DNA from: Lingula anatina
Taxonomy: Eukaryota > Animalia > Brachiopoda
Direction: 5' to 3'
Assembly (NCBI GenBank): GCA_051362555.1
Contig: CM120642.1
Location: 3,162,001-3,226,000 of the forward strand
Length of the DNA: 64,000 bases
Of this stretch, positions 51,613 through 64,000 are shown piece by piece. Every line of letters begins with the position of its first letter. Positions within the stretch are counted from its first letter, which is position 1. The translations under genes and the position numbers were made by a program. A model generated the notes under the pieces. That model was not told the origin of the DNA, did no database searches, and worked only from the letters and a program-made list of their open reading frames with translations.

Positions 51613-53481
51613 AAACAAGGCAGCAAAGCTGTCAAATGTACAGACAAAGAACAGAAAATAAAGATGCAAATAACTGAAAAATTAAATTTTCACAAAAAAC
51701 TGTTAAATTGCCAGAAAAATTTACCAAACAGACTGTGTTGCCAATTAAAGCTGTATGTTAGACCCATGTTTCTTTCCTGTAAGTTTGAGAACAGTAAGTG
51801 ACATGATTTCCCTTAAATGGTCATCATAGGAGCAGTGCCCAAAATAGGGGTTTCTTCAAATTTTGATGCAACATTACATAATGTTTAACAGCATAATGAC
51901 AATCAAATGTTATTAATAAAATATTAGTAACATGGACATTCAGAAAATGTGACAAGCAAAAGTCTTCAAGATCATGGAACTTTAAAGTCACACCTTGAAA
52001 ATGCCAATATGTGAAAAATTAAATTTTCACAAAAAACTGTTAAACTGCCAAAAAATAAATAAATAAATAAATAAAAATACCAAACAGACTGCATTGCCTA
52101 CTGAAGCTGTATTTTAGTCCCATGTTTCTTTCCTGTAAGTTTGAGAACAGTAAGTGACATGATTTTCCTTAAATGGTCATCATGGAAGCAGTGCCCAAAA
52201 TAGGGGTTTCTTCAAATTTTGATGCAATATTACATAATGTTTAACAGCTAAATGACCATCAATTTTTAATTATAAAATATTAGTATCACAGATATTCAGA
52301 AAATGTGACTAGCAAAGGTCTTCAGGCCCATGGAACTTCAAAGTCACGCCTTGAAAATGCCAAAATGTAAACAAGACAGCACTGTTCTGAAATGGGTTTA
52401 TTTCCATTTTTAACACTTTTTTAACATAAAACAAAATAAACATTTTACTGCCATTTTATATGACCAACTAAGAAAATTGATGAGATGGGAAAAGTATCAA
52501 TAGAACAGTGTTAAATGTCCAATTTCCTCCATTCTGAGATTCTGAACATAGTGGATGATTGAATCTGACAAACTGCAATGATATGAGTTTATTTCCATTT
52601 TTGACACTTTGTTACACAATACATGATAACAAGTTTACCATGTTTTTTACATAATCAACTAACAATGTTGTAAAGATGCAGGAAATATCAAACAAACACT
52701 TTTAGGCATCTTATTAGTTAAATAATGAGACTGTTAACATGCCTAATAATTGAATCTGAGGAAATGTGAAAAACAGTATAACTTCTAAAATAATGGCCCG
52801 ATTATGCTGATTTTCGAACTCAACCTGCATTTTAGTAAGATTGACCACTCCTGTGAGTATAATTACAATTGGCCAATCCGTTTTTCTTATATTGTGTTAT
52901 CAGTGTTGTATTTATATTGAAAATAGTGAAAAAAAAGCATAAATTCCCTAAAAATGGCCCAATCTTGCTGATTTTCTAACTTGACCTGCGTATTATGAAT
53001 ATTCATCAGTTCTGTAAGTTTCAAGTCAAAAGGTAAAATGGTTTTCCACTTATCGTGTTATCGGTGCTGCATATATGCTGAAAAAAGTGAAAAAACAGCA
53101 TAAATTCCCTAAAAGTGACCCGATCATGCTGATTTTCGAACTTGACCTGCGTATTATGAATATTCATCAGTTCTGTAAGTTTCAAGTCAAAAGGTAAAAT
53201 GGTTTTCCACTTATCGTGTTATCGGTGCTGCATATATGCTGAAAAAAGTGAAAAAACAGCATAAATTCCCTAAAAGTGACCCGATCATGCTGATTTTCGA
53301 ACTTGACCTGCGTATTATGAATATTCATCAGTTCTGCAAGTTTCAAGTCAAAAGGTAAAATGGTTTTCCACTTATCGTGTTATCGGTAAAAGTGCACGGC
53401 GACGACGACGGCGACGACGGCGACGACGACAGACGCAGATGATGGCTATATGTACAGACACATCTGTGTCTGTACATAAAA
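51613..53481 (+). mobile_element. Helentron/HINE-like family B copy, opposite orientation to 13199-16868
   Basis: Both termini present; ~164-bp tandem core at 52900-53385, (GACGGC/GAC)n and terminal palindrome. Confidence 0.85.
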
Positions 53482-53943
53482 AATAATCTGGGAGCCACTT
53501 GACAATCATTGTGTATCAGTTTAATGACCAAGACCCCAACATTTGAAGTGGTCGGTTTTTAGAAATGACAGGCCGCGGATGTGAAGCCGACACGACCCCC
53601 CTCCTTGGCGTGGGATTCGGGGCCCCGAAAAAAATTGGTAGGGGCCTATTTTAGAGGGACAACGGTGCCATTTGGTAAGCTTTAGAACTATGATTCAGCT
53701 AGTCAAATTGTTATTTCGAAAGGGAACCACTGGTGTGATTTTTTTCAGAAATCAAAGGGTAAGGGGGGGGGGGTCAGGACTCCCCTGGCACCCCCCTAAA
53801 TCCGCCACTGTTATTATTAATTTCAAAGAAATTACTGCCCCGTTTGTTAATTTGGAGCCATACTATTTTTACATTTTGAGCATTTTCCACTCTAAACTAT
53901 TATTGATAATTGTTAATTACTGCTACTGAGAACTTGAGAGCAT

Positions 53944-54195
53944 AACTAGAAAAGCACTCCGAGAGCGCAGACCGCCAAGGCAGCAATTTTTATTATTATT
54001 ATTATTGATCCGGATCAATACCACAAAACTAATGATCTGTTCCTTGTCCCACTTCTGGCAGTTCCTGATAATTTAGGCTAATCAAAATCGGTCCATAACA
54101 TTTTGAGTTATGTTGATGACAGACAGACAGAAAGACAGACAGACAAACAAGCAAATAAACAGGCGTGAGAACATAACCTCCTTGGCGGAAGTAAT
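53944..54195 (+). mobile_element. Short HINE/pearl-like element
   Basis: aactagaaaagcactccgagagcgcagaccgccaagg ... (GACA)n ... ccttggcggaagtaat, with subterminal inverted repeat ccgccaagg/ccttggcgg. Confidence 0.65.
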
Positions 54196-54196
54196 A

Positions 54197-54546
54197 ACCC
54201 TAATCTCAAGCAGATATTGATATCAACAATTCAACAAAGGCACTAGCAATGGAAACTCTCCCTTGCTTTTTGTCTCTCTTTCTACAGGTGAACTTTGCTA
54301 AACTGTCTGCATGATGGTAGAGTATATTATCAGAAGGGGGTCCATTGTTTGCTGAAGGTAATATATATCCTTTTTAAACGGAATTCCGTACCATTGTTAA
54401 ATTTTAGTGAGTAAATCTCCCATTTGTAATTTTGCCACTCTGCATTCGCCAGTAATGTTTTGTGAATATTTATACCCTATTGTGTAATCTTTATAGCCTT
54501 AGATCAAACATAAACCTCCGAAATGTTATAAAATTACTACTTTCAG
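54197..54546 (-). pseudogene. Remnant of caspase first exon and flanks (third copy)
   Basis: Reads HADSLAKFTCRKRDKKQG (copy 2: TDSAAKFNLRKRGKKQG); donor degenerate (CAAG|GGAGAG); flanks resemble 38697-38760 and 39121-39175. Confidence 0.65.
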
Positions 54547-54700
54547 ATCTATCAAATCCCCCTGTCAAAGAAAAATTGAAATAATATATTCAGAGATAAC
54601 GTAAAATTATTTTGTATTCTCGTAACGTCGTCAACTCAAGCACGTCTTGGTCATTGTATAATCGGCGGTTAGGAGCTATACATTTTAAAGATCAGAAAAA

Positions 54701-57700
54701 ATGGCGGAAACTCCAAACATTCGAGTTACAAGGTAAGGTTTCGCCTGTGTACCCGCTTGTCCCTTGTAAGGCCTTGGGTCAGCTCATTTACCCTTAATCA
54801 AACTTATTTTAATTCCAATACTGTTTGAAACCCACAAGTTTTATGAGTTTAGTAAATTTAGTAAATCAGCATCACGAAATTCTTCGAAAATTCAACAATT
54901 TGTCAGCCATTTAGCCCACCATAAAACTTCAATATATTTTCGAAGTATTGCGTTATGACTTTGAGAAGTGCTTATGCGATTAAAATAGATTAGACTGGCA
55001 GTTCATTTACTAATTTAACGATTAATACATGCCTTTAAGTGCAAAATGACGATTGAAATAGAGAAATGGTGAATATATATTTACTCCAGATCATCTTCAA
55101 AGGCCCTTGACGGATCTGGTTCAGGAGCCAGGGTTTCTTCCAGACTACAGACCACGCAGAGTGAACCCAGGTCTGGGTCAACTTCAAGACCATCAAGGAC
55201 AGCCAGGTCCACCTCAGCTTCCAAACAACAGAGTAAAACCAGAGCTAATTCAACCCCCATGTCACAGAGTGGTGCCAAGTCAGGTTCAACACCCAAGTCA
55301 GACATTGACATCGAACCAAGTTCACAGTCTGACACAGTGACCAAAACTACAAAGAGCTCATTAAAGAGAGCGCATTCTCCAGTTACTGAAAAAGCCCAGG
55401 TGGAAATAGCTGTTGAAGATACAGAGTCTGAAGTTGAGGTATTTTTTGAAGGAATATTATTTTTGTAGAAAGATATAATGAAGATCTTTCAGGAATGAAT
55501 TGAAAAGTGAATTGAAAATAAATCAGGGAAGTGAGCAATGTAAAAATCATAACAAATTGCACATTACAATACACTTATTACAATTATTTTTATTGCTATT
55601 TAATAATTAATTGCAAAAACACACAAGGATTAAAGATTCTCCTTTAAAGACTTTATAAAATCCATTTCAGGAGCCAGAGAGAAAGAGGCGCACCACAACA
55701 GGACACCTCACCAAAAGACGATCAAGTTTTGTGAGAGGAAGAATTAATAAACCATTGAGTGCACTTACATCTGCAGGTATTGTATTTCAGAATATTTAAT
55801 ATATTTATATTTGGATTTGTATTAAGGTTATTAATTAATTGTTATGTAAGTAATTTTTTAGTTCAGGTCATCACATCTTCAAGTGGTGAAATGATACGTT
55901 TGTTAGCTCAGCTCGCCAAATATGGTTGCCGGGCTGTATCCTCCCCAGGGAGGTGAGAGCGACTATAGAGTGCAACAGGGCCAAAAATGACCAGGCTTCT
56001 CTGACTTAAATAAATTTCATTTAAAAATAAATAAATAAATAAAAAGTATATATATATATGTGTAACTTCCAAGCTTTGGGTTGCAATATTTCAATAAAGA
56101 TTATTATTATAAACAGCTGTGATTGTTAAATAAAAAGCATTTAGCATTTGTATGTTGAAGTTTATGTACAATTTTTTTAACATAATTATTTTAAGTGATT
56201 TAAGGTAATAACTTCTTTAAACCTGTGATTTTCCCCCCAAATATATTTGTTCTAGTATGTTGAATATAATGCACAGAATTGCAGTGATTCAGTAATTTTT
56301 TTTTTCTAGAACTATGTGTTGGTATTCCTTCCGAGCTCCCTGGAGAAGAAAGACTAAGTAGATTAACGAAGGAATGCCTTGAGGTAATATGATATCATAT
56401 TCTTAACTTTGCTGATAAGTTGCCTAAGGCCCCATTCAGAATAGGGGACTAACTAGTCTCAGGGTCAAATATGGCCGACCCACCTGAATACTTCCCCACA
56501 GGATATCTGTTCAATGTCTATAAGCAGATTAGTCAGCAAGCTTTGTAGTGTGTTGCCATATTTGACCCTCCAACTAGTTAGATCCCTATTCTGAATGGGG
56601 CCTTAATCATCAATAAAAACCCTTCCCCAATGACAAGTTTACAAAATCTTTATTTGGCATGTATACTCTTCCTTTAGTTCACACTGCAGAAGCTGAGTGA
56701 AGAGTTTTCAGATCTGGATGGAGTACAGCAGTTTGAAGTTCAAGGTAAATGTAACAAACACATCAGTCATGATTTGAGTACATGACATATTTTGACCAAC
56801 TAACTTAAAAAACAAAACAAATATTGAATACTATAAGAAAGAACAATATACCTGGTGCAGTATCTTAAGTTAATATTGATAGCAATATTTCTCATAATTT
56901 GTAGCTGGTGGTAGTATTGCTGTGTCTAATTATTTTTTAGGTTTTTGTGATAAGTAGTATTATTGTTATCATTTTTTATGCAAAATCTTTACAGTTCGTG
57001 ATGCAGTGGCTGGGGTTATATCAAAGTTGGAGACTAGTGGTAAATTTAGCCGTGCATGCAACAAAGGCAAAAGGCAAGTGTGGCTTCATTGTGCTGTCTC
57101 TTTCTTGTTGTTGCTGTTTTATTATTATGTCTTCAAAACTTATTTTTGTAAGATAACATTTAATCTTTAAATTAGTCCAGTTCTATTGTTGTAAAGTATA
57201 TTTGCTTAGAAAACTTTTAATAAAAATGGTGAAGGGAGCAAATTTGGTTGGGCTTGAGTAATATTATTGTTTTTGTTGCAGATGTTTACCCAATCCAGTG
57301 AATAGTGAGATTGAACAAGCAGCATCTGAGTATCAGGGTCACATTGACAGGTGAGGCATGTTCATAGGTAAATTATATTAACTGTTCTGGGGTCATGTTG
57401 GAGGGACAGGTGGTTCCATTGGCACACAAAGAATGCTGTCATATTGTGTGATTTAATGCTGGTATTGTTGTGTTGTGCAAAATAAATATATAAATGAACA
57501 ATGATAACAGACATACACATATGCAGGTTAACCTATGGGCGGCCAAAAGGGCAAAAATTCATGTCGTCGATTCAGTTATGTTTCATCGATTCACTGCCTT
57601 CCTATCAATTCAGTTTCAAGTTTAAACGATCCTATCATAAATTCAGCATCTATTTTCGTCAATTCAGTTGTCAAACATTTCTATGCCGATCGATCGATGA

Positions 57701-58366
57701 ATGATGAAGTGATGTTACAGGATCGACGAGAACAGTTAGACGATCGACGAGAATAGTTAGACGATCGACGAGAATAGTTACACGATCGATGAAAATAGTG
57801 ACAGCATTGGTTTGAATACACCGTTGATGAGCAATGTTTGACAATTGAATTGACGAATATAGATGCTTGATTTATAATAGGGTCCTTTAAACTTGAAACT
57901 GAATCAATGGGAAGGCAGTGAATCGATGAAACATAACTGAATCGACGACATGAATTTTTGCCCTTTTGGCCACCCATACTAACCAGGAATGTTTCTGTTA
58001 TGCTCCTTCGTAAGGTCAAAATGTTTCATTGAAATAGGCCGTTTTATGCTTGTAGTCGTTTAGAAAATAAAAAAATTTAAATCGATTTCTCAAAACTGAT
58101 GATGTTTTCATATTCAAAGATGCTTTTCGAACAATTACTCAGAGTTTATATTACCTTCAGATTGCAGGCAGAAGATGCTACATGGGCTCAGTTGATGAAA
58201 GAAAGAGAAGATGCTGCAGCTCAAATGGAACAGTAAGGACATGATGGTTCAATGTCATAAAGTCAATTATTAATTGAAGGCAAACTTTTAATTGAATATT
58301 TGTTTTATGAGTTGTATTTTTGCATCTTTTTGTCTAAATCCAAGCAATGCTCACAACTTAATAGGT

Positions 58367-58402
<36 letters not shown>

Positions 58403-59210
58403 TTTCTTCAAAATTAAGGTCAAATACACTTGTAAATCAACTTATAAATCTTCTCTGACCTAAATCCATTGTATATATGTATGGTATTTGAATGATGGAA
58501 GAAATTCCTACAGTACTCTTGTTTTTATTCAACACATCAAAATTTCAACTTCAGACAAGCAAAAGAGATGGTGTTGCCACCAGAGCATCCTTCCACACTG
58601 TCAAGACAGCAGAAACAGCTTCTAGATGGAAAACTAAACTTGGATCACATGCTTCAGAGCCTGCAGACTTTGGGAGAAAGGACCCAGTTACAGGTAAAGA
58701 TGTGGAGAATTTTATTTATTTTTTTTTTTCATCAAGTAAATTACACCCAAGTTGACCAGGAAGTGTTTTACCTGATAACCTGGTACATCAAGATACTTTG
58801 TATTGTATATATTGGCAGGGAAATAACATGAATCCATACTTTTCATATTTAAACAGATAGATCAACTAATGAAGACAGCAAATTATCAGAAGGAATTCCA
58901 AAATGTGGCCAAGGCTTTTTACAGAGACCAAGCAAATATGTTGGGTAGGTATTCATTTTTTTAAAATCATCTTTCACTATTGTTCACAATATCTGACAAC
59001 ATTTAAGTTTTGTTAATTGCACGCATGAAAAAAATTGAAAAACAAGACTTTTGAGTTAGATTCTACAGAATTTTCCCCATTTTATGCTGATAAAAAATCA
59101 AGTCATGCTTTACTGCTTCAGGAACCAAAGCTTTTGATGGAGTAGAGCAGTTGCAAGATGCGAGGGTTTTACTGCAGAGTGCTGCCTCAGCTGCAACACC
59201 AAAATTGTGA
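54701..59210 (+). CDS. DSN1: Kinetochore MIS12-complex subunit DSN1 (Mis13)
   Basis: Exons ~54701-54732, 55090-55438, 55671-55776, 56310-56383, 56678-56743, 56995-57073, 57282-57350, 58161-58232, 58554-58693, 58858-58944 and 59122-59210. Disordered Ser-rich N-terminus, KRRSSF basic motif, ELCVGIPSELPGEERLSRL..LEFTLQKL, PNPVN, LQAEDATWAQLM and ARVLL match DSN1 as recalled. Confidence 0.85.
56427..56604. mobile_element. PIF/Harbinger-like MITE in a DSN1 intron
   Basis: taaggccccattcagaataggg / ccctattctgaatggggcctta, with TAA/TTA flanks. Confidence 0.75.
57534..57978. mobile_element. MITE with ~140-bp TIRs in a DSN1 intron
   Basis: tatgggcggccaaaagggcaaaaattcatgtcgtcgattc / gaatcgacgacatgaatttttgcccttttggccacccata; taacc on both flanks; 21-bp internal repeats. 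Confidence 0.85.
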
Positions 59211-59724
59211 GCTATCACAGATAAACTTTAGAAAGAGATGCAATACTAACACTGCTATGGTGGTTGTTATAACAAAAGAAGATCAGCAGTTTGCAGATAT
59301 ATGGACAAGGCATCAATATTTAAATTGGATGCATAAAATGTGGGGCAACGGTTTTGCTCTTTACAACATTAATGTGAAATTGGGTCAATTGAATTACATG
59401 ATCATGTATGCGCAACTTTATTTATTTACAGGAGAATGAAAATAATAAAAAACATGTATATACAATGCAGAAAAAGATTACAAATATTGTACAGTATATG
59501 GTCTTTTGTCATGTCAATGTATCCCCCAGTGCATTTTTGACATTTTTAAACATATTCTTTTTCTGTTTATGGATACGGAATAGAGTATTGAACTCTCCTC
59601 ATTTCTCCATTTTCTTAATGGTTTATGATATCCCCATGGTGAAATCTACCTTTTAGAAGGTAATACATTTATACTGTTTATCACTGTTACAATTTTTGCA
59701 TTTTTACTTTCTACAGGCTTCATT

Positions 59725-60795
59725 TCAGTTTGTCTTCTCCTTGGACTTGCTTTTTAACCTGGCAACTGCTATGAATGCACCTAGAAAAAGAAATTATACA
59801 AAATGATTTAAATTATACATAATTGTACAAAATATAAAAGCATGACCAAAGTATCTGTTAGCCGGTTACCAATTATTCTGTAGCCTGTGGTGAGCATTGC
59901 CAGCAAATTACCATTTCACATTGAAGGTACCACAGAGGAACTATTTTACGCATGTCTTTTGTAATAAAATATTTCTGTACAACATGAACTGCATGACTGA
60001 ATGTAATTGTTACTTGCAAGATAAGATTTAGTAACTGAGTAATTCTTTTAGACAGGAACTCACTAAAAAAAGAGACTACAATTATGTGTTACTCAATTTG
60101 TCAGGTTATGAAGAATCTTGTCAACTACAAATAAAATGAGATGAAAGATACAACACATACATAGAACAACTAAAAGGAGCACCCCTGCAGCCACTGGTAT
60201 GGTGACTGCATAAATTCTGTCTGGGAAAAAATTCTGCGCCACATGGTCTGAGTCAACAAATGGCTAAAAATAAATAAATAAAATGATCATTATAAACAGG
60301 CCTTTTTTGTTGGTTCATTCATTGGAAACTATCGTTCATTCAATGGAAACTAAAACTACTTAAAACTTATATGAGAATTACTACTATATTTATTATGGTT
60401 TCTATTACAAAGCTACTTGCCAGCCCAGACTTAATTTTTTTGATAATGATACCATGATCTATTAAACAATCAAAATTTCAAATAAAAAAGTGAGATCTTG
60501 GCAACGGGCGTGGAATTATCACATGGAATGAATACGGGTTTATTATGAGAGTCTACCACATACCAGTATCACCAACCACAACGTATAGTAGGTAAATATT
60601 ACTCCTGACAAACCAACAATGCCCACACCAACCACCTGGTCCGCACCTGTAGCCTACAAATTAAAATGAAAATTATTTTCATTTAAACTGTGCACTAAAG
60701 ATAAATAACCACCAAGTGTTAAAACAATTTGAATTTGATGAAAACGTCCAACACAAAAGCACTAACAACTGACACTTGTCTTGTCTTCCTACCAT
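59725..60795 (-). CDS. DPM2: Dolichol-phosphate mannosyltransferase regulatory subunit DPM2 (83 aa)
   Basis: Exons 60795-60793 (ATG only), 60653-60564, 60263-60161 and 59780-59725: [83 protein letters not shown]. Confidence 0.95.
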
Positions 60796-60980
60796 TTCTA
60801 TTGACCTTGGCCTTTTTGTCCACGTCCTTATATCAAATCACTTTTCATTGGATCATTTCCTGTTTCAAAAAGATCATCCTATCAAATTCCTTGTTGCAAG
60901 CGCAAAATAAGCATGGAGGTTGTGTTCATCGAGAAATGATAATTTTAACACATTTAATCGCATTTTTCGTCAGATACGCC
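60796..60980. promoter_or_regulatory. Putative bidirectional promoter DPM2/EXD3
   Basis: Only 185 bp separate the two divergent ATGs. Confidence 0.65.
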
Positions 60981-63835
60981 ATGGAGAAATTTTTAGGAAA
61001 ACCTAGAGGTCGAGGTAAAGGTAGAGGAAGAGGTAAATTGAATGAATGGCTTGAAAATGACTTGAAAACGGTGTAGATAGCAAATGCTGTGTTGGAGCAA
61101 CGTGCGTGTCTCGCAGTTGAACTTGGAAATAGCACGACCTTTCATGCGTAAATTAGCACTCCTATTTACGGTCTCTGATATCTCCTGTTGGTGAAGTTAA
61201 GGTTGACTTGCAGTTGAGGAATCTGAACTATAAAAAACTTGCATGTTAATGAAATGCTGAGGCTGTTGTTGTTGATATAAGTTTTTACAGCCTGAACAGA
61301 AACTAAATCTCTCTATTGAACACACTCGAGAAGGCGGCAGACCGAAAGCACCCTTAAAACCTCATTTGTTAATTTCCATTCGGTTAATGGAGATACATGA
61401 ATCTTTTTGCCCAAAACTTTGCCCTGTTATTTTTTTCCTTTCTTCATGGCTTCATGGATGAGATTTTTCCGACTTTTTGGGAGCCCAAAATATCAATGGC
61501 TTAGGTGGCCTTTTCATAAAATATCTGTCTCATCCCTGTGACTTTCTAACAGCGATACCACCAGATTATCAGTAACAATAGTCTTATTTATGGAAGAGAG
61601 TGACCAAAAAAAAAAAAGACATTTATAAGATACAATGGATTTTGCTATGGAAAGCAATACATAAAGTTACAAAGTTCTAAGAAATTTATCACACTTCAAC
61701 ATTAAAAAAGATTTATGTTTATTATATGGAAAGATACTGTCTATCAGACAACTAGGAAGCCCAATATTAAGAGGCTGGTTTGTTAATGATTGTTATTATG
61801 CAGCTGTATTAATTATATACATTGATGATTTTTTGTCTCTATTTTTAGGAATAAGTTCCATTAAAAATCTCCAAGAACTAAGTGCTAGAGTTGTTGTAAC
61901 AAAACCTGGGGTGTGCCCACAGCAGACATTGGACAAAGAACATCCTGAAGCTTTAGGACAGCAAGGGGTAAGACTTAATACAGGGTTTATAGCTGGGGCT
62001 CTATGCTTTGTAAAATTGAATTTAGGAAAATTGCAGTTGCTCTGAGTATAGTTTAAAATTCAGCATTATCTGAAATGGGAGAATTATCTGAAAATTGATT
62101 TTGTGTTGATTATGTTTGAAATTTTCACAAGTAGCAACAATTGAACTGTTGTGTTGAAGAGCTTTATTTGTTTTGTAACTGAATATTTTTCCTTATTTTT
62201 TAGATGTGTGGAAAATTGGAAGATACAACTGTGAGCCGGCAAGCACAACCCCAGCAGTATAGAAATTCAGGTATTTTAAGTCGCTGTCATGTGGTAAAGT
62301 AAAAACTTGCCTAGTGGTAGAGTTGAAAAAATACATTTATATGAAAATTAAATTTCAAAATCATATTTTTATTCATACAACAGTGGAATATTCTGCTATG
62401 TAGACTTGTGTGTTTATATAGGGAGATATTGTCAGGTGTTTTCTATCGCAAGTATATCAGTTGGGATGAGGAATAAGGAAATAAAGAAAAAAAAAAATCA
62501 CATTTTCATTCATACACCAGTAGAATTTTCTACTATGTAGACTTGTATGTCTAAATAGGAAGGTATTGTCTGGTGTGTTCTTTGTATATAGACTGCAAGT
62601 ATATCAGTTGAGATGAGGAAGAAATAAAGAAAAAAATGCCAAATGAGACCATTTACATGAAACCTTTAATGAAAAATTTACTGATTTTCTGCATTTCCCT
62701 AGGTAACTTGAATAGGGCACTACTGAAGAAGGGCAACCCTAATGTCAATGTTGGATGGATGGAATCAGTGTTGCAGAAGAAGATTGGCAATTCAGATATG
62801 GTATCAGAGGAACAAAAGTATGTGTAGCATATAGAACTTGTGTTTAAATGCTTTTACATTGTAAACATTACTAGTATATTATAAATTATGAATTAATTGA
62901 TGAATAAAAGTTATTCAGTTGTGCTCTGATGCAAAGACGTTTTTTTTTTCAAAATTTATCATATTCTGTTTCTCATAAAAACTATTTAAAACTGTTATTA
63001 TTATTATTATTATTTTTTCATTTTATATTTCAAATATTACTCACATTTAGCCGTTTGAGATAAATTTTAAAATCCTTTTCAGGTCTTTAGACAAAAGCGT
63101 TCTTGTAGAGCTGGAAAAGCTTTGGAAAGAGACAAAAGACAGAGATAAGCTTAAAAGCACAATAAGCCAAATTTGTCAGAGAACTTTTAGCACCTCAGAA
63201 AACCCCTACCTGACTGTTATCTTTTTAGTAGAAAATTGTGAAGATTTACGTGCAGGCAAAACTGTCTCTCTCTCTTTTATGGTGATGAGAGAGTTTGAAA
63301 AATGGGCAAAAGACAATGGCAGCCAGTTTGAGCACTTGTTAAACAATGGTTTAAAACTAAAAGCATTCAGGCTTGTAACAACTTTTCACATGCTTCTGTT
63401 TGATCCTGTTGTGAAGTCTTTTTGCCTAAGACATTCTGGGAATGACTATTTTGTGCCATATGTGAAGGTCTTCATTTCTCAGGGAAAGGATAAAGAGGTA
63501 TTTAAACTTCCATTAACATTTATGGATTTTAAAGTTTAAATTTATCAGGTATGTTTTTTTACACTCTGTTTGCATTATGATTTGATCGATGCTGTATGCT
63601 GTCATTGTTTCATTGATATATTGGAAAAGTAAGATATGCAGAAGCATTAACATAATTAGATTGATTTTTCTACACTATTCTTGTTCAAAATGGTACAAGT
63701 ACCTTCATGAATATAGTTACGATATTTTGCCATGTATTATTTTTTTCCTTTGCTTGATGTTCTGTATGTACATATTTCAAGGCTGCCACTGTTGCTTCTA
63801 AACTAAACCTGCAGAGCCATTTTGGAATAGAGGAG
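60981..63835 (+). CDS. EXD3: Exonuclease mut-7 homolog EXD3/Nibbler, 5' part (continues beyond window)
   Basis: Exons 60981-61032, 61849-61967, 62204-62270, 62703-62817, 63083-63497 and 63782-63835 join in phase. FSTSENPYLTVIFLVENC..SLSFMVMREFEKW and KEAATVASKLNLQSHFGIEE resemble the EXD3 N-terminal region. The nuclease domain is not in the window. Confidence 0.75.
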
Positions 63836-64000
63836 GTAAGTTTTAGAATTTACTGGGCAAAAGGTGGTTACATGTAAGTCTGTCTGTGACAGATTTGTCA
63901 TTTGCAGACTGGGTGATCCATATATTGTATAGTTTATTTGAATGGTAGTAAGGGGTCATGTAAAAGGAAATTGGTCAGGTTTTGATATAAAATGCACAAT

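Noticed and set aside
55897-55995. tRNA gene or SINE (gttagctcagc A-box-like start)
   Set aside because: No cloverleaf or clear B box; at most a decayed SINE fragment.

Overview
AT-rich, intron-containing animal (invertebrate bilaterian, plausibly lophotrochozoan) genomic DNA. Genes were assembled by hand from GT-AG junctions and splice phases; no searches were run. The left third holds a minus-strand gene whose exons join in phase into an unusual protein: a CARD-less caspase-2-like protease (SHG...QACQG), a spacer, a TRADD-N-like domain, a Death domain and an unidentified domain running off the left edge. A second, caspase-only paralog lies at 32.3-38.8 kb and a first-exon remnant at 54.3 kb. 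Between the two caspases are an internally deleted DHX9 copy whose splice sites have been amplified into tandem repeats and a rearranged DIRS-like retroelement with a LINE inserted in it. The right end is a compact housekeeping cluster: DSN1 (+), DPM2 (-) and EXD3/mut-7 (+, partial). Introns and intergenic DNA are dense in nested non-autonomous transposons (Helentron/HINE-like, TG..CA TIR elements, piggyBac-like, a RecQ-remnant TIR element, L1/Tx1 LINEs).
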